A stretch of DNA of 64,000 nt, taken from Pseudomonadota bacterium (lineage in GTDB: Bacteria; Pseudomonadota; Alphaproteobacteria; MPNO01; UBA2964). Made by a program: the position numbers and the translations under genes. Under the pieces are notes generated by a model. That model was not told where the DNA came from, made no database searches, and worked only from the letters and a program-made list of their open reading frames with translations. Shown piece by piece: positions 17,046 through 27,310 of the stretch. Within the stretch, counting starts at the first letter, position 1; each line of letters starts with the position of its first letter. The DNA lies in the NCBI GenBank assembly GCA_036336885.1, contig JAYZFG010000006.1:8933-72932 (forward strand), read 5' to 3'.

Positions 17046-19325
17046 TCAGCCTTCCGTAATAGGAATATTATGATCATTGGCGTAGGCTATCAATTTCTGT
17101 CTTACGCTATGATCTGGTAAATCTAACAGGCTATCGACATACTTGGAGAGCGCTAATGCATCAACCGCTTTTAACATTGCACGTACGGCGCCAACCTTGA
17201 CCGGGGCCATTGAAATAGTACGAAATCCTAGCCCTATCAATGTCATGGCCTCGACAGGATTTCCCGCCATTTCGCCACATAAGGAAATATCGACATCAGC
17301 ATTCCGCGCTTCTACTATCAAATTTTTTAGCAGTGATAGGAGGCCCGGTGACAAAACATCATAACGATCTGCCACCCTTGGGTTTCCGCGATCTGTTGCA
17401 AAAAGGAATTGAAATAAATCATTACTACCAACAGATAAAAATTCTACCCGGCTTAGCAAAGGCCTGAGTTGCCACATGAGACCAGGTACTTCTAACATAA
17501 CGCCGACACGTAATTCACCCGGTAGAACCCCTCCTCTTTTTCTTTCTCGTTCTAATTCCTTATTGAGGATAGCCCTGGCTGCTTCGAATTCGGCGACTTC
17601 AGCTACCATTGGAAACATTATTGCTAAATTCCGACCATTAGCGCCACGAATCAAAGCTCGCAATTGCTGCCGCAGCATAGAAGGCCTATCAAGTGCGACC
17701 CTTACCGCTCGCCAGCCCATATTAGGATTTTCTTCGGCCACATCATGAAAATATGGTAGCTGCTTATCACCCCCTATATCGAGGGTACGAAACATTATGG
17801 GTTTACCGTCTGCCATTTCATAAATATTTCTATATAGCTCTGTTTGGCCTTCAACACTCGGAAACTCCTCTCGAACCATGAATGGAATTTCCGTTCTATA
17901 AAGCCCTATGCCATCAACTCCGGTATCTTTTAGATGCTCGAGATCAATCGACAGCCCAGCATTTAGATTTAGCGATATACGCTGGCCGTCAAGTGTTTCA
18001 GGCTCTTCTTCCCTTAAAGCTGCATATATTCGTTGGCGTTCTGTTCTCGCTTGGATCGTCTTGGCGACCATCTGCTGGATATCTTCACTAGGCCTCACGA
18101 AGACTTGTGCATTATCGCCATCAACAATTACAGGATCATTGGGATCTATCCTATTCAGAAGGCCTTTAATCCGACCCACCACGGGAATATCTAATGCGCG
18201 GGCAACAATCGCAACGTGTGCTGTAGCCGAACCTTCTTCTAGTAGCAAAGCGCGTAATCGATGAGGTTCGTAATCAAGCAATTCCGTAGGTCCCATATTA
18301 TCGGCGAGCAAAACTACGTCATTAGGTAATTCGACATCGCGGGCTGCTGTAATCGGTCGAATACTTAAATGTTGTTGGAGACGACGGGCAATATCTTCGA
18401 AATCGTGCATCCGCTCTCGTAGATACGGATCAGTCGCCATATTCATACGAATCCGGATATCATCTTGAACTTTTTGAACCGCAGCTTCTGCTGTTAAACC
18501 ACTACCGATCGCTTCACTTAGTCGACGAAGCCATCCAGAATCATGTGCCACGAGACGATAAGCCTCAAGAACATCACGGTGTTCACCCCGACCGGAAAGT
18601 TCCTTTGCTGCAAACAAATCATCAATGGCCTCCTGCATCTCAGCTAATGCATTTTGGAGTCGAACCTTTTCAAACTCTGGATCTTCAGAAAACATTTCAG
18701 GTATTTGGACGCGCGGCTGATGTAATACTGCTTCACCCACGGCGACACCTGTATTGATCGGTATTCCCGTCATTCTAAGAGGGAGGATCGCATTACCTTC
18801 TGCGGTTATTTGTTCGCTTGGGCCAACGAGATCACCGCCAGCTATAAGTTCCGCTAAGACCACAACAATCATTTCTAGGGCTTCGACTTCTTCTTCGGTG
18901 TACTCTCTTTTTGCTTTATTCTGAATAGCTAGGACCCCACGTACTCGACCTCCACGCAATATTGGAACACCTAAAAATGAGGGATAAATTTCTTCGCCGG
19001 TCTCTGGTCTGTATGCAAACTTTGGGTGCGTCTGTGCATCAGCGAGATTCAAAACACGTGCATGTGCGGCAATATCCCCTATTAGCCCTTCATCAACTCG
19101 CAAACGAGTTTTATGAACAGATGAAGGGTTAAGACCCTCAGTTGCAAATAGTTCCAATACCTCACCAGCACGCATTACGTAGACCGTGCAAACTTCGGCA
19201 ACCATCTCTGTTGCTATTACTTTGACAAGCTCGTCCAAGCGCGCTTGGGCCGTTCCTCTGCCAGACATTACGCCTTGAACACGCCGGAGTAGCGGTCGTA
19301 TTGCTGTACCAACCGTTTTCGTCAT
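17046..19325 (-). CDS. ptsP: PEP-protein phosphotransferase, enzyme I-Ntr (GAF domain)
   Basis: N-terminal GAF ('AEVCTVY..LELFATEGL'), 'TAHVAIVARAL', 'GLYRTE', 'RTLDIGGDK' and 'SVGSNDL'. Alternative TTG start at 19352. Confidence 0.96.
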   Translation of the reverse strand: MTKTVGTAIRPLLRRVQGVMSGRGTAQARLDELVKVIATEMVAEVCTVYVMRAGEVLELFATEGLNPSSVHKTRLRVDEGLIGDIAAHARVLNLADAQTHPKFAYRPETGEEIYPSFLGVPILRGGRVRGVLAIQNKAKREYTEEEVEALEMIVVVLAELIAGGDLVGPSEQITAEGNAILPLRMTGIPINTGVAVGEAVLHQPRVQIPEMFSEDPEFEKVRLQNALAEMQEAIDDLFAAKELSGRGEHRDVLEAYRLVAHDSGWLRRLSEAIGSGLTAEAAVQKVQDDIRIRMNMATDPYLRERMHDFEDIARRLQQHLSIRPITAARDVELPNDVVLLADNMGPTELLDYEPHRLRALLLEEGSATAHVAIVARALDIPVVGRIKGLLNRIDPNDPVIVDGDNAQVFVRPSEDIQQMVAKTIQARTERQRIYAALREEEPETLDGQRISLNLNAGLSIDLEHLKDTGVDGIGLYRTEIPFMVREEFPSVEGQTELYRNIYEMADGKPIMFRTLDIGGDKQLPYFHDVAEENPNMGWRAVRVALDRPSMLRQQLRALIRGANGRNLAIMFPMVAEVAEFEAARAILNKELERERKRGGVLPGELRVGVMLEVPGLMWQLRPLLSRVEFLSVGSNDLFQFLFATDRGNPRVADRYDVLSPGLLSLLKNLIVEARNADVDISLCGEMAGNPVEAMTLIGLGFRTISMAPVKVGAVRAMLKAVDALALSKYVDSLLDLPDHSVRQKLIAYANDHNIPITEG

Positions 19326-19366
19326 TTTGCCTTCGTTATCTTTCGGCCGCAATACCGGCCCTTTAT

Positions 19367-20587
19367 TTACGCGCTATCTAACCCATAGGCCGTGTGTAAA
19401 GCCCTTACAGCTAATTCTGTATAATCTTCAGACACCAGGACACTTACTTTGATTTCGGATGTTGAGATCACCTGAATATTAATTCCTTTTTCCCCAAGGG
19501 CCGTAAACATGCGCTGAGCTACACCAGCGTGGCTTCGCATGCCCACGCCAATTACAGAGATTTTAGCAACATTTGAATCAGAAATCAGGCGCTCGTAATC
19601 TAGTAGACTCTGATTAGATTCTAAAATATCCCGTGCCCGTTCAACATCTTGCTTTGCTACCGTAAACGTCATATCCGTCGCCTTACCATCCTCAGATACA
19701 TTTTGAACTATCATATCAACGTTAACGCTAGCTTCTGACAACGGCCCAAAAATCGATGCAGCTACCCCTGGGTTATCCGCAACGCGCACCAGTGTGATCT
19801 TTGCTTCATCCTTACTATAAGCTATTCCACTGACAATTTCCTGTTCCACAATTTCACCTTCATCTACAACCAATGTTCCATTTACGTCTGAAAAAGAAGA
19901 TCTCACTTGAACCCTAACCTTGTGATTCATGGCAAGCTCCACTGAGCGAGTCTGTAATACCTTGGCACCAAGAGATGCCATCTCAAGCATTTCTTCGTAT
20001 GTAATTCGATCAAGTTTACGCGCTTTGCTAACAATTCTTGGATCAGTAGTATAAATTCCATCCACATCCGTAAATATATCACAGCGGTCAGCTTTTAAAG
20101 CCGCTGCAAGAGCCACCGCTGACGTATCGGAACCACCCCTTCCAAGGGTTGTTATTCTATTATTGGGTCCAAGACCTTGAAAACCAGCAACAACAGCTAC
20201 CTGGCCAGAAATGATACGTGATTCAAGATCGGTGGTTTCAATATCTTTGATTCTCGCTTTACTGTGTGCGTCGTCAGTTCGTAATGGCACCTGCCAACCA
20301 AGCCAAGAGCGGGCTTCAACACCCAAAGTCTGCAATGATAGAGCCAAAAGACCTGCTGTCACTTGTTCCCCAGCCGCGACAACAGTATCGTACTCCCGAG
20401 TATCATGGAGAGGAGCTGCTTTGACCGTCCAGTCAACCAGTTGATTGGTTGTCCCCGACATAGCAGAAACAACAACGGCAACTTCACTACCCCGATCTAC
20501 CTCCGCTTTGACCTTATGGGCTACAGCTTTAATACGGTCAATATCGGCAACCGAGGTGCCACCAAATTTTTGGACAACCCGTGTCAT
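19367..20587 (-). CDS. lysC: Aspartate kinase
   Basis: 'VQKFGGTSV', 'TTLGRGGSDTSAV', 'TDVDGIYTTDPR' and ACT domains. Confidence 0.97.
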   Translation of the reverse strand: MTRVVQKFGGTSVADIDRIKAVAHKVKAEVDRGSEVAVVVSAMSGTTNQLVDWTVKAAPLHDTREYDTVVAAGEQVTAGLLALSLQTLGVEARSWLGWQVPLRTDDAHSKARIKDIETTDLESRIISGQVAVVAGFQGLGPNNRITTLGRGGSDTSAVALAAALKADRCDIFTDVDGIYTTDPRIVSKARKLDRITYEEMLEMASLGAKVLQTRSVELAMNHKVRVQVRSSFSDVNGTLVVDEGEIVEQEIVSGIAYSKDEAKITLVRVADNPGVAASIFGPLSEASVNVDMIVQNVSEDGKATDMTFTVAKQDVERARDILESNQSLLDYERLISDSNVAKISVIGVGMRSHAGVAQRMFTALGEKGINIQVISTSEIKVSVLVSEDYTELAVRALHTAYGLDSA

Positions 20588-20757
20588 AATCAAATCCACC
20601 CGAAATAATGCTCGACGCCACTCGCAAATCGTCTCACTGAAATGGATAACAACAAAATTTGCATGATACTACGTGCAGCGGGCGTTTTCTTACTCTATAT
20701 CATGATTAAGTTGCAAGTGATTCAAGATTCCAAATTATTTCAATTAGATGGTTCAAA

Positions 20758-21513
20758 ATGTCAAAGGCCAAAACCAAATACCGAAATACTATTGACTCAG
20801 AGGAAATTAAACGTTTTTCAGCGTTATCAGATTCATGGTGGGATCCAGAGGGCGATTTTCGTCCCTTACACCGGTTTAATCCTATAAGGCTGGAGTATAT
20901 CCGTAAACGAATTTGTACACATTTCGGTCTTGATTCTCGAAAATTGAACGCACTGGAAGGATTAACCGCATTAGATATTGGCTGTGGGGGCGGATTAGTA
21001 ACAGAGCCAATGGTTCGGATGGGCGCAACAACATCGGCCATAGATGCGTCAGAAAAATGTATAGGAGTTGCGCGCCATCATGCTGCATTAAATCAGTTGG
21101 ACATTGATTACCGTGTTAGTTCTGCTGAAACATTGGCAGCAGAAAAGGTGACATTTGATATTATTCTTGCCCTTGAAATAATTGAACATGTTAAGGATAT
21201 TGATTTATTTGTTTTGTCCTGCAGAAAACTGATAAATCCGGGTGGAATAGGCATTTTTGCAACTCTCAACCGTACTGCCAAATCATTTACATTTGCCATT
21301 GTTGGTGCCGAATACATATTGCGCTGGTTACCACGTGGGACCCATCAATGGAATCGATTTATTAAACCATCTGAGCTAGCTGCGTTACTAGGCAATCGGG
21401 GATTGGCGATTACAGATATTACCGGCGTTAAGTACAATTTTCTTAAAGATAATTGGTTGCTATCGAATGACGTAGCTGTGAATTACATGCTTTGTGCGGA
21501 GAAAGCCAAGTAA
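20758..21513 (+). CDS. ubiG: Ubiquinone biosynthesis O-methyltransferase
   Basis: 'WWDPEG.FRPLHRFNPIR', 'LDIGCGGG', 'LEIIEHV' and 'LPRGTHQW..FIKP'. Confidence 0.96.
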   Translation: MSKAKTKYRNTIDSEEIKRFSALSDSWWDPEGDFRPLHRFNPIRLEYIRKRICTHFGLDSRKLNALEGLTALDIGCGGGLVTEPMVRMGATTSAIDASEKCIGVARHHAALNQLDIDYRVSSAETLAAEKVTFDIILALEIIEHVKDIDLFVLSCRKLINPGGIGIFATLNRTAKSFTFAIVGAEYILRWLPRGTHQWNRFIKPSELAALLGNRGLAITDITGVKYNFLKDNWLLSNDVAVNYMLCAEKAK

Positions 21514-21545
21514 ACTACGCTGGGGAAAGAACACCTTGTATCTAA

Positions 21546-21983
21546 TTAAGCATCGTGTGTTGGAACCCATGGTATTCGTTGTACGGCGATGCCCTCTTCA
21601 CTTAGTTCTTCTGCCTCTTCGGCTGTCGCCTCACCATGTATGCTGCGTTCCTCCGTTTCGCCATAATGGATTTTACGCGCCTCTTCCGGGAATTTTTCTC
21701 CTACATAATCACTATTTTTTTCAACATGTTCACGAATTTCCCTAAGTGCCGTAACATATTGCCCCATTTGCTTCTGAGCTTTAGGAGACAGGTGCACCGT
21801 TTTTTCTCCTTTTTTCTTAGCACCAGATACTGCAGGGGCCATAAGCGCTTTATTAACTTTGGTATCACCGCAAACCGGGCATTCTATCTTATTGCCTTTT
21901 CGCTGCTTTTCAAAATCATCGCTACTAGGAAACCATGCTTCAAAGGTATGGTCGTTGCTACAAATTAAATCAAATAAGATCAT
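21546..21983 (-). CDS. DUF1178 family protein
   Basis: 'MI.FDL.C...H.FEAWF', 'CPVCG...V.KALMAP' and 'YVG..F.EEARKIHYGE'. Confidence 0.92.
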   Translation of the reverse strand: MILFDLICSNDHTFEAWFPSSDDFEKQRKGNKIECPVCGDTKVNKALMAPAVSGAKKKGEKTVHLSPKAQKQMGQYVTALREIREHVEKNSDYVGEKFPEEARKIHYGETEERSIHGEATAEEAEELSEEGIAVQRIPWVPTHDA

Positions 21984-22080
21984 TATACAAAAATCACCGC
22001 CGGTTAAAAATTGCAACCAGAATACTTATAAATGATATCAATATCTGTTAAATCAAGCATAAACTATTATCAAGTAGGAT

Positions 22081-22623
22081 ATGAAATTTCTCACATCAAA
22101 TGATCCGTTAGAGTGGGTAACCCGTTTCGCTCCGTTAATTGAACCCGATGGTCCTGTTTTAGATTTGGCCTCTGGAAATGGAAGGCACTCGCATTATTTA
22201 AATTCCATCGGGTTTCAGGTTACAGCAATAGACAAAAATATTTCAAATCCTATACAAGGTTCAAATAATATTGAGTGGCTTGAATTTGACTTAGAGGATG
22301 GTGGCCCCTGGATTCTGGAAGGTAAACTTTTCAAAGGAATTGTGGTCACAAATTATTTATATCGGCCTCTATTTCCCGTAATTTTAAACTCACTTGACGA
22401 AAATGGGGTCTTAATCTATGAGACGTTTTGTCTGGGAAATGAAAAATTAGGTAAGCCATCAAATCCCGACTATTTACTCAGATCGGGAGAACTCCTGACA
22501 GTCTTTTCTGAAGAGTTAAAGATAATCGCTTATGAAGAAGATACTCTCGGAAAAAACCAAACATCTATGAAACAACGCATTTGCGCTATTAAACTCTTAC
22601 CCGGTTCTACACTACTTTTTTAA
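22081..22623 (+). CDS. Class I SAM-dependent methyltransferase
   Basis: 'VLDLASGNGRH', 'VVTNYLYRPL', 'LIYETF..GN...GKPSNP..LL..GEL'. Confidence 0.88.
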   Translation: MKFLTSNDPLEWVTRFAPLIEPDGPVLDLASGNGRHSHYLNSIGFQVTAIDKNISNPIQGSNNIEWLEFDLEDGGPWILEGKLFKGIVVTNYLYRPLFPVILNSLDENGVLIYETFCLGNEKLGKPSNPDYLLRSGELLTVFSEELKIIAYEEDTLGKNQTSMKQRICAIKLLPGSTLLF

Positions 22624-22682
22624 AAAAAGGATGGGCGATTCACACTTTATGAACAGCAGTTAGGCAAAAAAAGCCCCGACAG

Positions 22683-22934
22683 CTACAGCAAAGATTCTAA
22701 CTCACCCGAAACTTCCAGAGCGGCTAGATCATCAGACCCACCAATCAAATTTCCATCAAAGAAAATTTGCGGCACTGATGTTCTTCCTTGCGCCCTCTCT
22801 GTCATCTCAACACGCAACGCAGGATTCATATCGACATTAAATTCGGTGAAAGTAGCCCCCCTTTTTTTTAAAAGATTTTTAGCACGGGCACAAAAAGGGC
22901 AAAAGTCAGAGGTATAAATTTCGATTTTAGGCAC
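22683..22934 (-). CDS. grxC: Glutaredoxin 3
   Basis: 'CPFC', 'SVPQIF' and 'GGSDDL'. Confidence 0.95.
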   Translation of the reverse strand: MPKIEIYTSDFCPFCARAKNLLKKRGATFTEFNVDMNPALRVEMTERAQGRTSVPQIFFDGNLIGGSDDLAALEVSGELESLL

Positions 22935-22983
22935 AAAATTTTTCCATCGCTAGTTTACTATTTCATTAGAACAGTAGAAATTT

Positions 22984-24579
22984 TTAGGTTGAAAAATGCT
23001 TGAAACGAGCAGTCCCATCACTTTCCACCTGTTCAACGAGGCCGGTCTCCCAGCTCAAATATTCCTGCATATGCATCTCAACATTATCATCATGGTCGTA
23101 GGCTTTATATTGAATGTCATTATTTACATCAGCCATATTCTCAAACCCTGCTTGTTCAGGTAACGACATTGCTCGCCAAGCAGCAGTTCCACCCTCCAAT
23201 AGTTTAACTTCTCTGTCTGTAATAAATGAAGCATCTGATCCTGCATAGGCTGCGAGCACACCATCCGGGGAGGTAAAAACTAAAACGTCTTTTCCGGGAA
23301 TAGAAGAAATTTTATTTTTTAATCTCGACCGCACGGCCCACCATGCACTAGGAATATGAGATGCTTTATAGTCGAGGCTTGTTGCAACATCGACCACAGT
23401 GATCGTACCATTATTAATTTCACGCAATAAGTTTTTAGGAGAAATTTTCTCTATTTCTGCGTTTTTAGGCGGCAAACGAGGTAACTCGGGAAAGCCACCT
23501 TCAAGGTCGTTATCAGTTAGTCCATCCTTCAAGACAAAAACCTTTGGCCAGCCCATTTGTTTCAACCACGATGCCGTCATCGTCGCACGCACCCCATTAT
23601 CGTCAATAAGTACCAAATAACTCCTTAAAACCCCCACCCATTTGTCCGTCGCTTGAATTAGCTGGCCGCCCGGAGCAGAAATAGAGCCCGGCAAATGCCC
23701 ACTGGCGTATTCATCGGGATTCCGCACATCGAGCAAAAAAATTGAATTATCTTTTTTTTCCAGTTGCCAGTTTTTAAGTGTTTCGAAATTTACGCTCTCA
23801 ACACCAAATCGTTTAGAAACCCGATCAGCACAATCAATCGCGCGCTGCAAACCTTTTTGGCTAATTTCTGAAAAAGTTCTGTCGGACCCAGTTTCAAGAT
23901 CAAACCCAGCCAACGCCCAACCCATAGTCCCATTACGAAGCGCAAACACCCTATTAGGGACGCCAGCATTAATAAGTGACTGCGCTCCAATAATGCTTCT
24001 TGTTCGACCGGCGCAATTTACAATGATCTTTCGGTCATCATCAACTAAATCACGGGAACGGTAAACCAACTCAGCTCCAGGGCAATCAATACCGGTTGGA
24101 ATATTCATGCGGTTATATTCAGTGAAAGGACGACTATCCAGAATAACCATGTCTTCATCGCTATCCATCATGGTCTTTAGGTCCTCGGCAGAAATATTTG
24201 GAGTTTTGGACTCCATCTCTACAAATTCCCCAAAGGCCTTTGAAGGAACATTCACGCCCCTAAAAACAATGTTACCAGCGGCTTCCCAACCGGGCACTCC
24301 CCCTTCTAAAATTGAGATATTTAAATAGCCCCAACTATTTAGCTTGGCCGCTGCCCGCTTTGCCAAATCATCGCCGCCATCGCATAAAACTATCCTTACC
24401 AATTTTCGCGGAACTAGAGATAGAATATCCAGTTCAAGCCTGCTCATCGGCAGACAAACAGCAAACAACAAATGACCATCTGCGCCAAAGATACCTTCTT
24501 CTCTCACATCAATTAAGGCGAGTTCATCATCATCTAATAGCCAACGGCGAAGTTTTTCTGGGGAAATTTGAACAGTCAT
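22984..24579 (-). CDS. Four-domain rhodanese-like sulfurtransferase
   Basis: Four repeats with 'DVRE/DSRP/DVRN/DVAT...GH(I/L)P' and 'LEGG..W' motifs. Active-loop 'CAGRTRS' in domain 2. Confidence 0.88.
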   Translation of the reverse strand: MTVQISPEKLRRWLLDDDELALIDVREEGIFGADGHLLFAVCLPMSRLELDILSLVPRKLVRIVLCDGGDDLAKRAAAKLNSWGYLNISILEGGVPGWEAAGNIVFRGVNVPSKAFGEFVEMESKTPNISAEDLKTMMDSDEDMVILDSRPFTEYNRMNIPTGIDCPGAELVYRSRDLVDDDRKIIVNCAGRTRSIIGAQSLINAGVPNRVFALRNGTMGWALAGFDLETGSDRTFSEISQKGLQRAIDCADRVSKRFGVESVNFETLKNWQLEKKDNSIFLLDVRNPDEYASGHLPGSISAPGGQLIQATDKWVGVLRSYLVLIDDNGVRATMTASWLKQMGWPKVFVLKDGLTDNDLEGGFPELPRLPPKNAEIEKISPKNLLREINNGTITVVDVATSLDYKASHIPSAWWAVRSRLKNKISSIPGKDVLVFTSPDGVLAAYAGSDASFITDREVKLLEGGTAAWRAMSLPEQAGFENMADVNNDIQYKAYDHDDNVEMHMQEYLSWETGLVEQVESDGTARFKHFST

Positions 24580-24693
24580 GGAACACATATTTCGAATCAA
24601 TTGTTAAAGTTATAGCCCATTGTAGGGAAAGGAAATAAAGGCGACAACTTACACGGCTTTATCCAAGTTTTACTGCATGTCATAGTTATATAT

Positions 24694-25605
24694 ATGTCAG
24701 AAAATATTAACCACAAAAACGATATTTTTGATCGGTCAGCGCTCCAACTTCAGCGAAAAAGGGCGGCAAGTAGTTTTGCTGCACATGATTTCTTATTCCG
24801 AGAAGTGGCAGAGCGCCTGGCTGATCGACTTACGGAGGTTAAACGCAGGTTTGATCTTGCCATCGATATTGGTGCAAGAAATCACCACCTCAAAGGATTA
24901 TTATCGAGAAATTTATCGGTCAACAATATAATAATGCTGGGTCTTACGCGTGAACCTTATGGTTCAGATTTAGTAGGTAGTGAAGAAGTTTTACCAATCA
25001 AAAGTTCTTGTGCTGACCTCATTGTCAGTAATCTAGTTTTACACTGGACCAATGATTTACTCGGAACCCTCATTCAGTGTCGACAAACTCTAAAACCGGA
25101 TGGATTGTTTTTGGCGGCGATGTTTGGCGGGAACACCTTACTAGAGCTCAGGGAAATTATGTTTGAGGTAGAGAACCAAATTTCTGTGGGAGTTTCGCCT
25201 CGCATCTCACCCTTTGTCCAGTTATCCGACGGCGCCGCCCTTTTACAGCGTTCTGGGTATAATTTACCCGTTGCAGACACCGACACTATCACTGTTACCT
25301 ACCCAGAGGTATTTTCCCTGATGCATGATTTGCGGGGTATGGGCGAAACTAACGCCACTCTTCGAAGAATTCGGAGCTTTTCAAAAAAAGAAATGTTTGT
25401 GCAAGTTGCAGACCGATACCAGGAGCTGTATGGAGACAGCAACGGGAGGATACCAGCTACTTTTCAAATTATATATTTAACAGGCTGGGCCCCAGATAAC
25501 TCTCAACCACGACCGCTACGTCCCGGTAGCGCCTCACATCGTTTAGCTGATGCTTTGGGCACGGAAGAAGAATCAGCTGGTGAACCAGTTAAACCGAAAG
25601 TTTAG
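24694..25605 (+). CDS. SAM methyltransferase, NDUFAF5/BioC-like alphaproteobacterial family
   Basis: 'IFDR', 'DFLFREVA..L.DRL', 'LHWTNDL', 'PRISPF', 'LMHDLRGMGE' and 'RPLRPGSA..RLADAL'. Confidence 0.9.
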   Translation: MSENINHKNDIFDRSALQLQRKRAASSFAAHDFLFREVAERLADRLTEVKRRFDLAIDIGARNHHLKGLLSRNLSVNNIIMLGLTREPYGSDLVGSEEVLPIKSSCADLIVSNLVLHWTNDLLGTLIQCRQTLKPDGLFLAAMFGGNTLLELREIMFEVENQISVGVSPRISPFVQLSDGAALLQRSGYNLPVADTDTITVTYPEVFSLMHDLRGMGETNATLRRIRSFSKKEMFVQVADRYQELYGDSNGRIPATFQIIYLTGWAPDNSQPRPLRPGSASHRLADALGTEEESAGEPVKPKV

Positions 25606-25612
25606 ATTGAGC

Positions 25613-26881
25613 CTATTGAGCCACTTCAAGTTTGACAGTTCTTGGTCCAGTATCCCTTTTTTCAGGTACGGACCAGGCAAGTACAGCGGCTACCAGCGCC
25701 AGTGTAAGAGCCATGATCCATGTCCAGTCATAGCTTTGGAAAAGGTCGAACATGGTGCCTCCAGCAACAGCTCCAAGAGCACCACCAAGGGAATGACCAA
25801 GAAATAAAATACCCATGTTAAAGCCCATAGTGCTTACCCCGAGATGACTTGCTACTAAGCCAGCGGTCGGGGGCACAGTGGCAAAGTCAAGGGTGCCGAA
25901 TATGATCGCAAATAAAAATAATATGGCATAATTATCCGTAATGAAAAATAACATAACAAATGATAGTGCCCGTAAAAAATATACAGTGCCTAGAAGTCCT
26001 GGGCGGTTCATTCTGTCAGTTAAATAACCAGACAAAACCATCCCAAACATATCAAAACCTGCCAGGATACCTGTTGCTGCAGCTCCAGTAGTAATTGAAA
26101 AGCCACATGACGCTGCGTAGGGAATTAAATGAACTTTAACTACGCCTGCCGTCGTAAAACCACATATGAAATACGCGCCTCCCAAAAGCCAAAAGACGGG
26201 ATGCCGTATCAGGACATTGAACTTCTCTAAAAATGATTTCGGACCATCGCCTATATTTATTTTCGCCTCTCCTCGCTTCCCTTCCCCGGGTAGAAGAAGA
26301 AAGGCCAAAATACCCATTCCAACGATCAGTACACCGAATAAAGTTAATGTGGGACGCCAGCCAACCAAGGTTATAACCCAAGCTATTAGCGGGATGAACA
26401 AAAGTTGTCCTCCACCAACTCCAGACGTTCCTATGGATGTAGCCAAACCCCGATTTTCAACAAATTCACGTGTGATAGTTGCCGTCGCAACGGGCAAGCT
26501 AACCATGCCATAACCTATTGCAGACAAAATACAATAAATCCCTATAAAGACCCATGCGGGCGAAAACCAAAGCGCTGAGGTATCCATAAATGCAGCCAAA
26601 ATCACACAACAGCCGCTTAAAATCGTACCCCCGGACACCAGATAACGAGGACCGAATTTATCCAGCAAGTGTCCTGCATAGGGGGCTACACCCCCCATAA
26701 CGATCATGATCAATGCTGCACCAGAAGTTAGAAATGTTCGTGTCCATTCAAATTCTTTTTCCCAAACCGGGATTAGCACAGGTAGGGACATCCGTGCAGC
26801 GAATGAAAAGCTTACTGTGAAGAAAATGACGGCTACAATCAGCCATCCTCGAGGATTAGAACGAAATACAGAAAGAAACAT
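25613..26881 (-). CDS. MFS transporter
   Basis: About 12 hydrophobic segments. Motif-A-like 'GHLLDKFGPR' and 'GYLTDRM'. Confidence 0.9.
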   Translation of the reverse strand: MFLSVFRSNPRGWLIVAVIFFTVSFSFAARMSLPVLIPVWEKEFEWTRTFLTSGAALIMIVMGGVAPYAGHLLDKFGPRYLVSGGTILSGCCVILAAFMDTSALWFSPAWVFIGIYCILSAIGYGMVSLPVATATITREFVENRGLATSIGTSGVGGGQLLFIPLIAWVITLVGWRPTLTLFGVLIVGMGILAFLLLPGEGKRGEAKINIGDGPKSFLEKFNVLIRHPVFWLLGGAYFICGFTTAGVVKVHLIPYAASCGFSITTGAAATGILAGFDMFGMVLSGYLTDRMNRPGLLGTVYFLRALSFVMLFFITDNYAILFLFAIIFGTLDFATVPPTAGLVASHLGVSTMGFNMGILFLGHSLGGALGAVAGGTMFDLFQSYDWTWIMALTLALVAAVLAWSVPEKRDTGPRTVKLEVAQ

Positions 26882-26890
26882 TTACTAAGT

Positions 26891-27301
26891 TTACAATAAA
26901 TCTCGAAGCATAGCGACTAGCGGACGATCTGCAGGAGGCATCGGGTATTTTGGAAGGTTTTTCGGGCGTACCCACTTAAGTGCCTGTTTTTCCATCGGCT
27001 TTACATTCCCCTCCCACACTCTACATACATATAGGGGCATCAATAGATGGAACCTTTCATATTTGTGTGACGCAAAAGTAAAAGGCGCAAGACATTTATC
27101 ACTGACATCAATATTAAGCTCTTCTTTAATTTCACGAATTAATGCTTTTTCCGGACTTTCATCTATTTCCATCTTACCTCCGGGAAACTCCCAAAGTCCG
27201 GCCATTGGTTTACCCCTTGGTCGTTGAGAAATTAAAATACGCCCATCAACATCCACTAGTGCAACTGCAACCACCGTAACTATGGGGAGTTCACCAACCA
27301 A
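26891..27301 (-). CDS. mutT: 8-oxo-dGTP diphosphatase (Nudix)
   Basis: 'GLWEFPGGK...E..E.ALIREIKEEL' and 'FHLLMPLY.CR.W'. Adjacent to argJ. Confidence 0.93.
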   Translation of the reverse strand: MVGELPIVTVVAVALVDVDGRILISQRPRGKPMAGLWEFPGGKMEIDESPEKALIREIKEELNIDVSDKCLAPFTFASHKYERFHLLMPLYVCRVWEGNVKPMEKQALKWVRPKNLPKYPMPPADRPLVAMLRDLL

Positions 27302-27310
27302 CCTGCAACC

